From: a virus
Direction: 5' to 3' (one strand)
IMG/VR virus record: IMGVR_UViG_3300032265_002475
Coordinates: 5 to 64,004 of that record
Length of the DNA stretch: 64,000 nt
Position numbers and translations under genes: made by a program. Below the pieces are notes generated by a model. That model searched no databases and had not been told where the DNA came from. It saw nothing but the letters and a program-made list of their open reading frames with translations. Shown piece by piece: positions 40,211-48,460 of this stretch (the first letter of the stretch is position 1; every line of letters begins with the position of its first letter).

Positions 40211-40605
40211 TTTAAAGTAATTCGTCTATAAATATGAGGAGTGAATTTATCTGCCAATGCCCTGGCTTCCACTTCATAAAGATTGTCTTTATATCCATAT
40301 ATATTAGTTAGTTGATCATAATGCTTGTCTTTAGACAAATGTGTAAACTGCATAAAATGAACATACTCATGTATAGTAAATTTTACTAATTCTTTTTTAG
40401 TGTTAATACGCTTAGGATAAAGCGTTATTTTAGACGCTCTATACGCTAATCTTCGCCAGTCTGCGTAATGGGTATCAATACTGTAATTAATATAAAGCTT
40501 GGGTAAATTTGCGCGATAAAGTGGAAATCCTAAATAATGAGGGCACCAGTTTAAAATTTGCTTGGCTAGCTGTTTAAATTGGTGTTTATTTAAACCACGT
40601 ATCAT
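40207..40605 (-). CDS. SprT-like HExxH zinc-metallopeptidase-like protein
   Basis: TIHEYVHFMQFTH. Confidence 0.45.
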   Translation of the reverse strand: MIRGLNKHQFKQLAKQILNWCPHYLGFPLYRANLPKLYINYSIDTHYADWRRLAYRASKITLYPKRINTKKELVKFTIHEYVHFMQFTHLSKDKHYDQLTNIYGYKDNLYEVEARALADKFTPHIYRRITLK

Positions 40606-41042
40606 TTTATAAAACCTTTCTTTTGTAGTTCTTCTCTGTCTAATTTAAATGCAATATAGCCATTATTTATTCTAAAGTTATGCATTGTAAATTTGCTTTT
40701 ATATATGTTTATTAATATTTGAGCTGCAAAATCAAAATCTGCTTTTTTAACTAAACCACGTAAATCTTGTTTTATAAATTGAGGAATGTCTTTTGGTTTT
40801 AATTTTGCTAAAGTATTATTATATTCATCAGAATGTATTGATGTAAAATCTAATGGAATATCAAAATAAAAATATTTACTATCATAATCTATAGGAAATG
40901 CATCTGCATCTTTACTATTACCATACCACCAACCTTTTCCACTTATGTAATTTATACTCCATGGTCTTTTAGCACCAGAAACTGGTTCTAATTCTGTCAG
41001 AATTTGTTCTTTTATAAGCTGTTTTAATTCGGATTGTTTCAT
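40602..41042 (-). CDS. MKK-leader protein, unknown cargo
   Basis: MKQSELKQLIKEQILTELEPVSG. Confidence 0.55.
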   Translation of the reverse strand: MKQSELKQLIKEQILTELEPVSGAKRPWSINYISGKGWWYGNSKDADAFPIDYDSKYFYFDIPLDFTSIHSDEYNNTLAKLKPKDIPQFIKQDLRGLVKKADFDFAAQILINIYKSKFTMHNFRINNGYIAFKLDREELQKKGFIK

Positions 41043-41626
41043 TAGTAAAATGCTTGATATATTGTTTGACCTCTATAATTTAATTTATTAATTTCAAATC
41101 TATATACTGTACTATCAATTGGATTAACACTTAAATACAATCTGTCATCTTCATTATCATCTAACATTATTTCATCACCTATATTATAATTTGTACCTAT
41201 ATATAATTCTGATTTAGTCCAACCCTTTCTTACATAATTCCAGTTTGGGTCATTTGTATGTGGTCCTATAGCTTGTAAAGATAAATTAATTAAATCTTGT
41301 TTAACTTTAGGATCTCTTTCCATAAGTTTTGCAAGAGCAGCATTATTAGGAATACGCATAGCAGCAACAGGTTCTAATTCAATTAGAGGCTCACCTAGTG
41401 GTAAACGATTAGTTTTATTTATTATGTGAGCAGTTAATTTTTTATAAAACGCAGGATCTGTTTGTTTTTTATCTTTTACAGCAGTGTATAAGTGTTTATT
41501 ATGTTTTAATTTAGTTAAATTTGGATATAAAGTAACAAGATTTAACATTTCATCATTAGTAAATGTTCTTTGAACTTCAGCTAGAATTTGTTCTTTTATA
41601 ATTTGTTTTAATTCGTGTTTTTTCAT
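41042..41626 (-). CDS. MKK-leader protein, unknown cargo
   Basis: MKKHELKQIIKEQILAEVQ. Confidence 0.55.
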   Translation of the reverse strand: MKKHELKQIIKEQILAEVQRTFTNDEMLNLVTLYPNLTKLKHNKHLYTAVKDKKQTDPAFYKKLTAHIINKTNRLPLGEPLIELEPVAAMRIPNNAALAKLMERDPKVKQDLINLSLQAIGPHTNDPNWNYVRKGWTKSELYIGTNYNIGDEIMLDDNEDDRLYLSVNPIDSTVYRFEINKLNYRGQTIYQAFY

Positions 41627-42165
41627 CTGATTAGTTGAGTTTTGTCTTTATCGTAAGTTAAAAGATTTAAATTAGGACATTTAGAAATATCTAAAGTAGT
41701 TAATTGATTATTAGCACAATTTAAAGATAATAATTTAGGACATTTAGAAATGTCTAAAGTAGTTAATTGGTTATTAGCACACTTTAATATTTGTAAATTA
41801 GGACATTTTAAACTAGTTAAACTAGTTAATTGATTACTATCACAATTTAAATATTCTAATTTAGGTAATATACCTAATTTTAGAGTAGTTAACTGATTTC
41901 CAAAGCAATCTATTTTTGTTACTCGTGGATCATTAACTACTAGAGTTTTTAAATTTCCAGCCCGTTCAGGTAATTCATCTTCAGGATCATCTTCATCTTC
42001 ATACCACCACTCATCAAATGAGCAAAGTAATACACCATCTTTATCTAACTCTAATTTAATCTTTTCACCATCTACAGTAATACCGTAAATTTGTTTAGGT
42101 GTAGTAGCTTCTAACTCAGCCAAAATGGTTTCTTTTATAAGTTGTTTTAATTCGTGTTTTTTCAT
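41623..42165 (-). CDS. MKK-leader leucine-rich-repeat protein
   Basis: leader + IYGITVDGEKIKLEL + NQLTTLDISKCPxL repeats + YDKDKTQLIR end. Confidence 0.7.
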   Translation of the reverse strand: MKKHELKQLIKETILAELEATTPKQIYGITVDGEKIKLELDKDGVLLCSFDEWWYEDEDDPEDELPERAGNLKTLVVNDPRVTKIDCFGNQLTTLKLGILPKLEYLNCDSNQLTSLTSLKCPNLQILKCANNQLTTLDISKCPKLLSLNCANNQLTTLDISKCPNLNLLTYDKDKTQLIR

Positions 42166-42776
42166 CTGATTAATTGGGTTTTATCTTTATCATAATCTAA
42201 TTTTTGTAAATTAGGACATTTAGAAACATCTAGAGTAGTTAATTGATTATCATTGCACCATAATTGTTCTAAATTAGGACAATTAGAAACATCTAAATTA
42301 GTTAGATTATTACCATTACAATATAACCAAATTAAATTAGGACATTTAGAGACGTCTAAACTAGTTAAATTATTATCAATACAAGTTAAATAGTTTAAAC
42401 TAGAACATTTAGAGACGTTTAAACTAGTTAAATTATTATAACTACAATATAAATGTTCTAACTTAGGGCACCCAGAAACGTTTAAATTAGTTAAATTGTT
42501 ATTCATACAATTTAAATATCTTAAATTAGGTAAACGACCCAATTTAAGAGTAGTTAATTGCTTATTATCCAACTCAATTGTTTTTACCCTTGGATCATTT
42601 ATTATTAAAGTAATTAAATTGTTATGAGAATACTCTAATATACCACTTTTACTTAATTTTAATTTAACTTTTTTATCATCAACCGTAATACCGTAAATTT
42701 GTTGATTAACAGCAACAGGTTCTAACTCAGCTAGAATTTGCTCTTTGATAAGCTGTTTTAATTCGGATTTTTTCAT
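42162..42776 (-). CDS. MKK-leader leucine-rich-repeat protein
   Basis: leader + NNLTSLNVSKCSSL-type repeats. Confidence 0.7.
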   Translation of the reverse strand: MKKSELKQLIKEQILAELEPVAVNQQIYGITVDDKKVKLKLSKSGILEYSHNNLITLIINDPRVKTIELDNKQLTTLKLGRLPNLRYLNCMNNNLTNLNVSGCPKLEHLYCSYNNLTSLNVSKCSSLNYLTCIDNNLTSLDVSKCPNLIWLYCNGNNLTNLDVSNCPNLEQLWCNDNQLTTLDVSKCPNLQKLDYDKDKTQLIR

Positions 42777-43159
42777 TATTTTATATTATGGAACATTAAA
42801 AATAGAATATCATCATCATGCGTGTAATAATATAATGAATATGCTTTAGGAAAATTACCCCAATCAGTACCTACACCTTCATGAATACTCATAGTATAAA
42901 TTTGATTAGTATTTTCTAATTTAAAAAATAATTTAGCAGCTTCTAATTGTCTTTTATCCCAATTCATTTCATCACCATATTCTTTTTGAGCTTTATACCA
43001 CTCTTCAAAATTACCCCAACCTACTAAACCTGATAATGAGATTTTATCATTAAATATCATGCCAAGCATTTCCTTAGGACTTACTGGAGAATTAGAAGTG
43101 TATTCGTATTCTAATAAAACTTCTTCTTTTATAATTTGTTTTAATTCTGATTTTTTCAT
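42776..43159 (-). CDS. MKK-leader protein, unknown cargo
   Basis: MKKSELKQIIKEEVLLEYEY. Confidence 0.55.
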   Translation of the reverse strand: MKKSELKQIIKEEVLLEYEYTSNSPVSPKEMLGMIFNDKISLSGLVGWGNFEEWYKAQKEYGDEMNWDKRQLEAAKLFFKLENTNQIYTMSIHEGVGTDWGNFPKAYSLYYYTHDDDILFLMFHNIK

Positions 43160-43160
43160 T

Positions 43161-44510
43161 TTATATTATTTCTATTCCTAAATTTTCAAGAGCTTTTTCT
43201 AAATCATTAACATAGGAATTACCTAGTCTTTCTATCTGTTTTACATATGGTCCTTCACCATCCATAGCTTTTAGTATATCGTATCCATTTGCTATATTTA
43301 ATCCATATACTTTAAGAGCTAATTGTAGTAAAAATAACCATTCTTCTGTACCTGTTTCTATTTCACCATCTTCTATAATTTCTGGATATTCTTCTCTAAT
43401 CGCTTGTTCTATTTGGTGAGATTTATCTCTATTAGAAATTGGTTGTAATTCTGTCAAAGGTTTACTAAATTTTTGTTTTTTATAATCTGAAATTATACTT
43501 ATAATTTTATTAATAAGAAGTTCTACATTAATCCCTACAGAATGTTCATCTCCAGGATTTTTAGGATTTTCTCTCCTATCTATATCTAAAAATTCATTAA
43601 AATCATCTCCTGGTACTCCTGGCTTACCTTTTAATTCATTATCAAAAATAGGATCATAAAGGCAATCTACTAAATCATCATCCCAATGATGATCAAATTC
43701 GGTCCAATTATAATTAGGTCTATCTTCCTCAGGATCACCTAATAAATCTGCATTTTCGTCAATTATGTAAAAATACTTTTCATTAGGTATTCTTTTTAAA
43801 AGCATTTTAAAACTATTACGAGGAACTGCTTGTAACTCAGCTAAAATTTGTTCTTTGATGAGTTGGGTTTTATCTTTGTTATAAATAATACTTTTTGGTT
43901 CTAAATTAGGACATTTAGAAACGTCTAAACTAGTTAACTGATTATTAACACAATTTAACCAAACTAATTTAGGACATTTTGAAAGATCTAAACTAGTTAA
44001 TTGATTATTTTTACAATTTAATGTTTTTAAATTAGGGCATTTTGAAATGTCTAAACTAGTTAATTTATTAACTTGACAATCTAAAAGTGTTAAATTAGGA
44101 CATTTTGAAATATTTAAACTCTTTAATTGATTATTAGCACAATTTAACTCTTTTAAATTAGGACATTTAGAAACGTCTAAACTAGTTAACTGATTATCAT
44201 GACACCATAAATATTCTAAATTAGGTAGACTACCTAGTTTAAGAGTAGTTAATTGGTTGTGATAACAATATATTCCTTTTACTTGTGGATTATTTACTAT
44301 TAAAGTTTTTAACTCTCCAACCCATTCAGATAATTTATCTTCATCCTGATATAAATCATATGTGTAATTTAATATACCATCTTCATCTAACTCTAATTTA
44401 ATCTTTTCACCATTTACAGTAATACCGTAAATTTGTTTATTAACAGCAACAGGTTCTAACTCAGCTAAAATTTGTTCTTTTATAAGTTGTTTTAACTCAG
44501 ATTGTTTCAT
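43161..44510 (-). CDS. MKK-leader LRR protein fused in frame to a second leader plus C-terminal domain homologous to 44516-44866 and 48165-48404
   Basis: ...IIYNKDKTQLIKEQILAELQAVPRNSFKMLLKRIPNEKYFYIIDENADL... then YPEIIEDGEIETGTEEW. Confidence 0.65.
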   Translation of the reverse strand: MKQSELKQLIKEQILAELEPVAVNKQIYGITVNGEKIKLELDEDGILNYTYDLYQDEDKLSEWVGELKTLIVNNPQVKGIYCYHNQLTTLKLGSLPNLEYLWCHDNQLTSLDVSKCPNLKELNCANNQLKSLNISKCPNLTLLDCQVNKLTSLDISKCPNLKTLNCKNNQLTSLDLSKCPKLVWLNCVNNQLTSLDVSKCPNLEPKSIIYNKDKTQLIKEQILAELQAVPRNSFKMLLKRIPNEKYFYIIDENADLLGDPEEDRPNYNWTEFDHHWDDDLVDCLYDPIFDNELKGKPGVPGDDFNEFLDIDRRENPKNPGDEHSVGINVELLINKIISIISDYKKQKFSKPLTELQPISNRDKSHQIEQAIREEYPEIIEDGEIETGTEEWLFLLQLALKVYGLNIANGYDILKAMDGEGPYVKQIERLGNSYVNDLEKALENLGIEII

Positions 44511-44515
44511 TTAAT

Positions 44516-44866
44516 TTATTTTTTATAATCTGAAATTATTTGTTTAATTTTATTAACAAGAAGCATTTCATTTTTTCCAGTACCTTTTTTTGTAGGATTT
44601 TCTATTCTATCCATTTCTTGGAACTCTTGATAATCATCTCCTAGTACCCCAGGCTTGCCTTTTAATTCATTGTTAAAAATAGGATCATAAAAGTAATCTA
44701 CTAAATCACTATCATCTAAATCTAAATCTGCATTTTCGTCAATTATGTAAAAATACTTTTCATTAGGTATTCTTTTTAAAAGTGCTTCAAAACTATCATT
44801 AGAAATTGGCTGTAATTCGGCCAAAATAGTTTCTTTTATAAGTTGTTTTAATTCGTGTTTTTTCAT
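44516..44866 (-). CDS. MKK-leader protein (start corrected to internal ATG 44864-44866)
   Basis: listed ORF has a spurious 46-codon 5' extension; MKKHELKQLIKETILAELQPISNDSFEALLKRIPNEKYFYIIDENADL. Confidence 0.55.
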   Translation of the reverse strand: MKKHELKQLIKETILAELQPISNDSFEALLKRIPNEKYFYIIDENADLDLDDSDLVDYFYDPIFNNELKGKPGVLGDDYQEFQEMDRIENPTKKGTGKNEMLLVNKIKQIISDYKK

Positions 44867-44869
44867 TTT

Positions 44870-45245
44870 TATTTTTGTTTTATTATAAATATGTATATAG
44901 TTTGTTCGATATGAAAAGAGTTGTAAAAAGAAGATTTTTGATTTTATGAAAGAGAGCGCAAAATGGGTAAAGCGGAATTGCGCATTTGTGTTATGGACGT
45001 GCAACGTTAGGTGTTATATAAGTATATAGGCCATCGATGTGAGGAGATGTGGGAGGGCTGAAAATACATCACATTCACACCCATGTACAGCCCAGATATG
45101 TATGGAAAACGACGCATATGGGATTCTACATATACGTACCGCGTATTATTATTCCTTCGTATATCGTACATAGTACATACGGAATAAAAAGCAGAAAAAA
45201 AGAGAACATTTCTGTTCCCTTTAATTCTGTTTTTTCATCTTAAAT
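44870..45245. other. GC-richer noncoding island between early and cassette regions (candidate regulatory region / origin / ncRNA)
   Basis: no credible ORF; gcgcaa...ttgcgc inverted repeat, GTAC-rich repeats, ggagatgtgggaggg G-tract. Confidence 0.4.
45186..45220 (-). terminator. rho-independent terminator after the AT-hook gene
   Basis: minus strand GGGAACAGAAATGTTCTC hairpin followed by TTTTTTTCTGCTTTTT. Confidence 0.5.
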
Positions 45246-45246
45246 T

Positions 45247-45669
45247 TTAAGCTACATTTTCAGATGTAACAGTTTGTGTTGTAACAACTTCAGGTGCTGG
45301 TTTTGTCATTTTTGGTCTACCTCTTTTAGGTACATACCCATTTGCAATTTTAGCTGCATATTCAGCTTCTCTAAGTTGTTTTTTACTTCCGGGTACAATT
45401 GGTCTACCTAATCTAAATGTACCGCTTGCTTTTCTTTCTGTACGTGCAGCTTCTCTAATTTGTCTTGCACTTCCTGGTACAATTGGTCTACCTAATTGTT
45501 TTTGAGGTGTTGCAACTGTATTACCTACTGTTACTTCACTTACATTTACTACTGTTGTTTCAGGTACAGTTACTTCAGGTGTAATTGTTTCAGGTGTAGT
45601 TACTTCAGGGTTAACTACTTCATTTGTGTTAACTAATGCTTTGTTTGTTTTTTGTTTTTTGTTTGACAT
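45247..45669 (-). CDS. AT-hook DNA-binding protein with internal LGRPIVPGS repeats
   Basis: KRGRPKM AT-hook; two LGRPIVPGSxxQxREA repeats. Confidence 0.45.
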   Translation of the reverse strand: MSNKKQKTNKALVNTNEVVNPEVTTPETITPEVTVPETTVVNVSEVTVGNTVATPQKQLGRPIVPGSARQIREAARTERKASGTFRLGRPIVPGSKKQLREAEYAAKIANGYVPKRGRPKMTKPAPEVVTTQTVTSENVA

Positions 45670-45715
45670 GATGTTTTGTTTTTGTTTGTTAATTTATTTT
45701 GTTATTTATTTATTT

Positions 45716-45756
45716 TAATGACATAAAGATAAGTTAAAATTTATGAATGGCCAAAC
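45716..45756 (-). promoter_or_regulatory. early promoter element (family A/B)
   Basis: ttaatgacataaagata...gccaaa. Confidence 0.55.
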
Positions 45757-45794
45757 TATACTTTTATTTATTATTTTATTGTTATTATTACTTA

Positions 45795-45835
45795 TTAATG
45801 ACATAAAGATAATTATGAATAAATGAATAGCCAAA
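45795..45835 (-). promoter_or_regulatory. early promoter element (tandem second copy)
   Basis: ttaatgacataaagataattatgaataaatgaatagccaaa. Confidence 0.5.
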
Positions 45836-45840
45836 CCATT

Positions 45841-46125
45841 TTAATCTTCTTTAGCTGTTTCTAAAGCGGCTGTATATGCACCTTTATTTATATTATCCAT
45901 TCCCATCCCTTCATATTTTAACAATGCATTACAAATATATTTATGGATTCCATTAATGTTTTTTATTTCTGCAATTGCTTTAACAATACTATTTTTGTCA
46001 GTATCATTAATGTTTTTATCATTAACAAAATCCGTAATGTATTTTTTTGCTACATTTACATCCTTCATTTTAAATACCCCATTACTGATCTGTTCAAAGA
46101 TTGATTTTAAATACTTTTGTTTCAT
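45841..46125 (-). CDS. small hypothetical protein
   Basis: ORF behind promoter element. Confidence 0.5.
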   Translation of the reverse strand: MKQKYLKSIFEQISNGVFKMKDVNVAKKYITDFVNDKNINDTDKNSIVKAIAEIKNINGIHKYICNALLKYEGMGMDNINKGAYTAALETAKED

Positions 46126-46150
46126 TTTTTATGTTGTTATTTTTAATAAT

Positions 46151-46191
46151 TTAATGACATAAAGATAATTATGAAATTATGAATTGCCAAA
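46151..46191 (-). promoter_or_regulatory. early promoter element
   Basis: motif. Confidence 0.55.
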
Positions 46192-46197
46192 CTTACT

Positions 46198-46350
46198 TTA
46201 CCACCTTAAAACAGCATTTGGATTGTTAGTGTTATGTTTATGAAATCTTGCACATTTACCTTTATGTGTGGTAGTACATGAGGCAAATATAATAATGCAA
46301 AAACAAATACCAATAATAATAATTAAAGCGTTTAAATAATTTTGTTTCAT
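46198..46350 (-). CDS. small putative lipoprotein (50 aa), not in ORF track
   Basis: ATG 46348-46350; MKQNYLNALIIIIGICFCIIIFASC signal with lipobox-like FASC; own promoter element upstream. Confidence 0.35.
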   Translation of the reverse strand: MKQNYLNALIIIIGICFCIIIFASCTTTHKGKCARFHKHNTNNPNAVLRW

Positions 46351-46361
46351 TTTTTAATAAT

Positions 46362-46407
46362 TTAATGACATAAAGATAAAAATGAATAGCTGAATAGCCA
46401 AGCCAAA
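46362..46407 (-). promoter_or_regulatory. early promoter element
   Basis: motif. Confidence 0.5.
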
Positions 46408-46434
46408 CAAAAATGGGGAGCTTTTAACTCCCCA
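46404..46434 (-). terminator. rho-independent terminator after gene 46450-46860
   Basis: minus strand GGGGAG-TTAAAAG-CTCCCC then ATTTTTGTTTGG. Confidence 0.6.
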
Positions 46435-46449
46435 CACCATGTAACATAA

Positions 46450-46860
46450 CTAACCAATCATTTCATTTACAATCTTATCTAACATTTCACTAACATTACC
46501 GTCCGTTTCTATAGTGGCCATAATTATTTTGGTCTGAGCGTCCTGATATGATACATTATTTACATGTACTTGTATGTCAGGTGCAGTATCACTTGCTTGA
46601 GTATTCCACCAAATATTACAATTGTAACCATTTTGTTTTAATTTAAAACTCAATGTTTCTCTTAATATGTTTAATTCTGAATTGATTTTATTACTACGTT
46701 GATTTATTTTTTTCAATTCATCAATTAACTTTTTAGCTTTGTTTGTTTCATTTTGTTTAGCAATAAATACTTTAGATGCAGTTGATGCTTTCACATTAGC
46801 ACGTCTCATCACTTCTTGACTTAATACATTTAACTGTAGATTACTTAATTTTTTAGCCAT
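46450..46860 (-). CDS. hypothetical protein
   Basis: ORF. Confidence 0.5.
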   Translation of the reverse strand: MAKKLSNLQLNVLSQEVMRRANVKASTASKVFIAKQNETNKAKKLIDELKKINQRSNKINSELNILRETLSFKLKQNGYNCNIWWNTQASDTAPDIQVHVNNVSYQDAQTKIIMATIETDGNVSEMLDKIVNEMIG

Positions 46861-46881
46861 GTTTATTATTGTTTTTGTTTT

Positions 46882-46922
46882 TTAATGCCATAAAGATAAG
46901 GCTGAATTTATGAAATGCCAAA
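46882..46922 (-). promoter_or_regulatory. early promoter element
   Basis: ttaatgccataaagataaggctgaatttatgaaatgccaaa. Confidence 0.5.
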
Positions 46923-47073
46923 TCTGCTTTTTAATCTGTTTTTTAAATCCCGTTATTTAATCTGTTTTTTAGGTGTGGTTTACTGTGGTTTTGCTTGCGC
47001 TGAATTTTGGCTGCCTTAACCTAAACACATTGATTAATGCCTGAGTGGATTAGATGATTTTTGGCGCGTTTAC

Positions 47074-47265
47074 TTACCAATTTTCATCCTGTGCTTCATC
47101 GTCTGGTGATTCGAGGGCAAACTCATCAGGCACATCCTCAAATGAATCAATTAATGTTTCAATGTAATCAGCAGGATCAGGTGCTTCATAAGCTTCAATA
47201 ATAATTTCAGCTAATTGCTCTTGAGTATAGTTAAGTAAGTTTTGTTTAATAATGTTTATATTCAT
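47074..47265 (-). CDS. small highly acidic protein
   Basis: 63 aa; Asp/Glu-rich C-terminal half. Confidence 0.45.
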   Translation of the reverse strand: MNINIIKQNLLNYTQEQLAEIIIEAYEAPDPADYIETLIDSFEDVPDEFALESPDDEAQDENW

Positions 47266-47483
47266 TATAATGTTTGTTTTAATAATGGTTTAAATTGGTT
47301 TACTATTTGTTCTGATGTGTTTTTTGCTTTACGAACCATATCTTCAAAACAATATGAACCCGTTTCGGCAAATGTGGTTTTTATAGTATCGTTCCACAAC
47401 GAGTTAGAAAATTTTAATTTATTGTCTATTGAAGTTAGATCCCTTACTAATTGTTCTTTTGCTAATGTTGATTTACGTTTCAT
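47265..47483 (-). CDS. small hypothetical protein
   Basis: ORF. Confidence 0.45.
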   Translation of the reverse strand: MKRKSTLAKEQLVRDLTSIDNKLKFSNSLWNDTIKTTFAETGSYCFEDMVRKAKNTSEQIVNQFKPLLKQTL

Positions 47484-47502
47484 CTGTTTTTTAATTTTGT
47501 TA

Positions 47503-47543
47503 TTAATGCCATAAAGATAAAATATTTTTTGTGAAAAACCAAA
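47503..47543 (-). promoter_or_regulatory. early promoter element
   Basis: motif. Confidence 0.5.
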
Positions 47544-47544
47544 T

Positions 47545-47750
47545 TTTCCTAAGAAGGTATATATTTATTATATGAGGACTGGACGTGTCCGTGCTGAATG
47601 TATATGCGATCCCGCCCCTCCTACTCCACCCACTCATTTACTGTTTTCCACATACACTTTATCTTACTTTTAATTTATTACCTCCCACTCCCAATGTGTA
47701 TATAGCTCGCTACATATTTCCAACTATTACATTTATTTTATTTTGTATTT
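47545..47750. other. C-rich (plus) / G-tract-rich (minus) noncoding island
   Basis: cccgcccctcctactccacccactc ... cctcccactccc in a ~30% GC genome; no ORF. Confidence 0.4.
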
Positions 47751-48154
47751 TATGAATTACGTGCCTTTAAAGATAGTTCATATAATTTATCTAACGTTTC
47801 ATGTGTGAATGTTTGGCACCCTACCGTAATATTATCTTTGGTGATTGTTGCTTTGTAATTGCTATTTAACGTGAGTTCTTTTTTAAATTGTTCTTTACCT
47901 TTACCTTTCATATATTGGGTAAATTCTTCTAATGTTATCCATCTATATTTAGATTCTTCTTTAGATATAGAACTCATTTGTGTTATTATATCACCATCCC
48001 AACAGTAATATGGAAATTGAGGATCTATAAGTTTATTTATCATTCCTCCATAAATAGATACTTCACAGTCAATAGCGAGTTTTAGTAATTCTTTTACTTC
48101 TGTGATTGATAATTCATGGTTAATTGCTACTTTGTCTTGAAAGTTATGTGTCAT
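47750..48154 (-). CDS. hypothetical protein
   Basis: ORF. Confidence 0.5.
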   Translation of the reverse strand: MTHNFQDKVAINHELSITEVKELLKLAIDCEVSIYGGMINKLIDPQFPYYCWDGDIITQMSSISKEESKYRWITLEEFTQYMKGKGKEQFKKELTLNSNYKATITKDNITVGCQTFTHETLDKLYELSLKARNS

Positions 48155-48164
48155 TATTTTTTGT

Positions 48165-48404
48165 TTATAATGTTTCTATTGCTAATTCTCCAAGTACAGA
48201 CATTAATTCAATGTGTGCATCATCACTTAATAGTTTAGTTCCATTAAATAGGTCTTGATATGTCACAGTTACTCCATGTATTTTATTTGCTTCTATAACT
48301 AAATCAAACCATTGTTCTGTACCCATTTCAACTTCACCGTCATGAACTAATTCAGGATAATGTTTTACAATTACGTTTTTGATTTTTTGTTGTGTGTTTG
48401 CCAT
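48165..48404 (-). CDS. small protein homologous to the C-terminal domain of 43161-44510
   Basis: KHYPELVHDGEVEMGTEQWFDL vs EEYPEIIEDGEIETGTEEWLFL. Confidence 0.5.
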   Translation of the reverse strand: MANTQQKIKNVIVKHYPELVHDGEVEMGTEQWFDLVIEANKIHGVTVTYQDLFNGTKLLSDDAHIELMSVLGELAIETL

Positions 48405-48419
48405 TGTTATTTTATTTAT

Positions 48420-48460
48420 TTAATGACATAAAGATAAGGTGGAAAAAATGAATAGCCAAA
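48420..48460 (-). promoter_or_regulatory. early promoter element (identical subfamily ggtggaaaaaatgaatagccaaa)
   Basis: motif. Confidence 0.55.

Larger units (their letters stand above)
39209..44866 (-). repeat. dispersed ~47-bp direct DNA repeats encoding the MKK leader at the 5' end of each cassette gene
   Basis: near-identical gctaaaatttgttctttkataagytgttttaaytcrgattktttcat at about 40163-40210, 40995-41042, 41579-41626, 42118-42165, 42729-42776, 43112-43159, 44463-44510, 44819-44866. Confidence 0.7.

Noticed and set aside
44516-45004. 5' extension of ORF 44516-45004 (MHVHNTNAQFRF...)
   Set aside because: The conserved leader MKKHELKQLIKE starts at an internal ATG (44864-44866). The extension runs into the noncoding GC-rich island and has no counterpart in paralogues.
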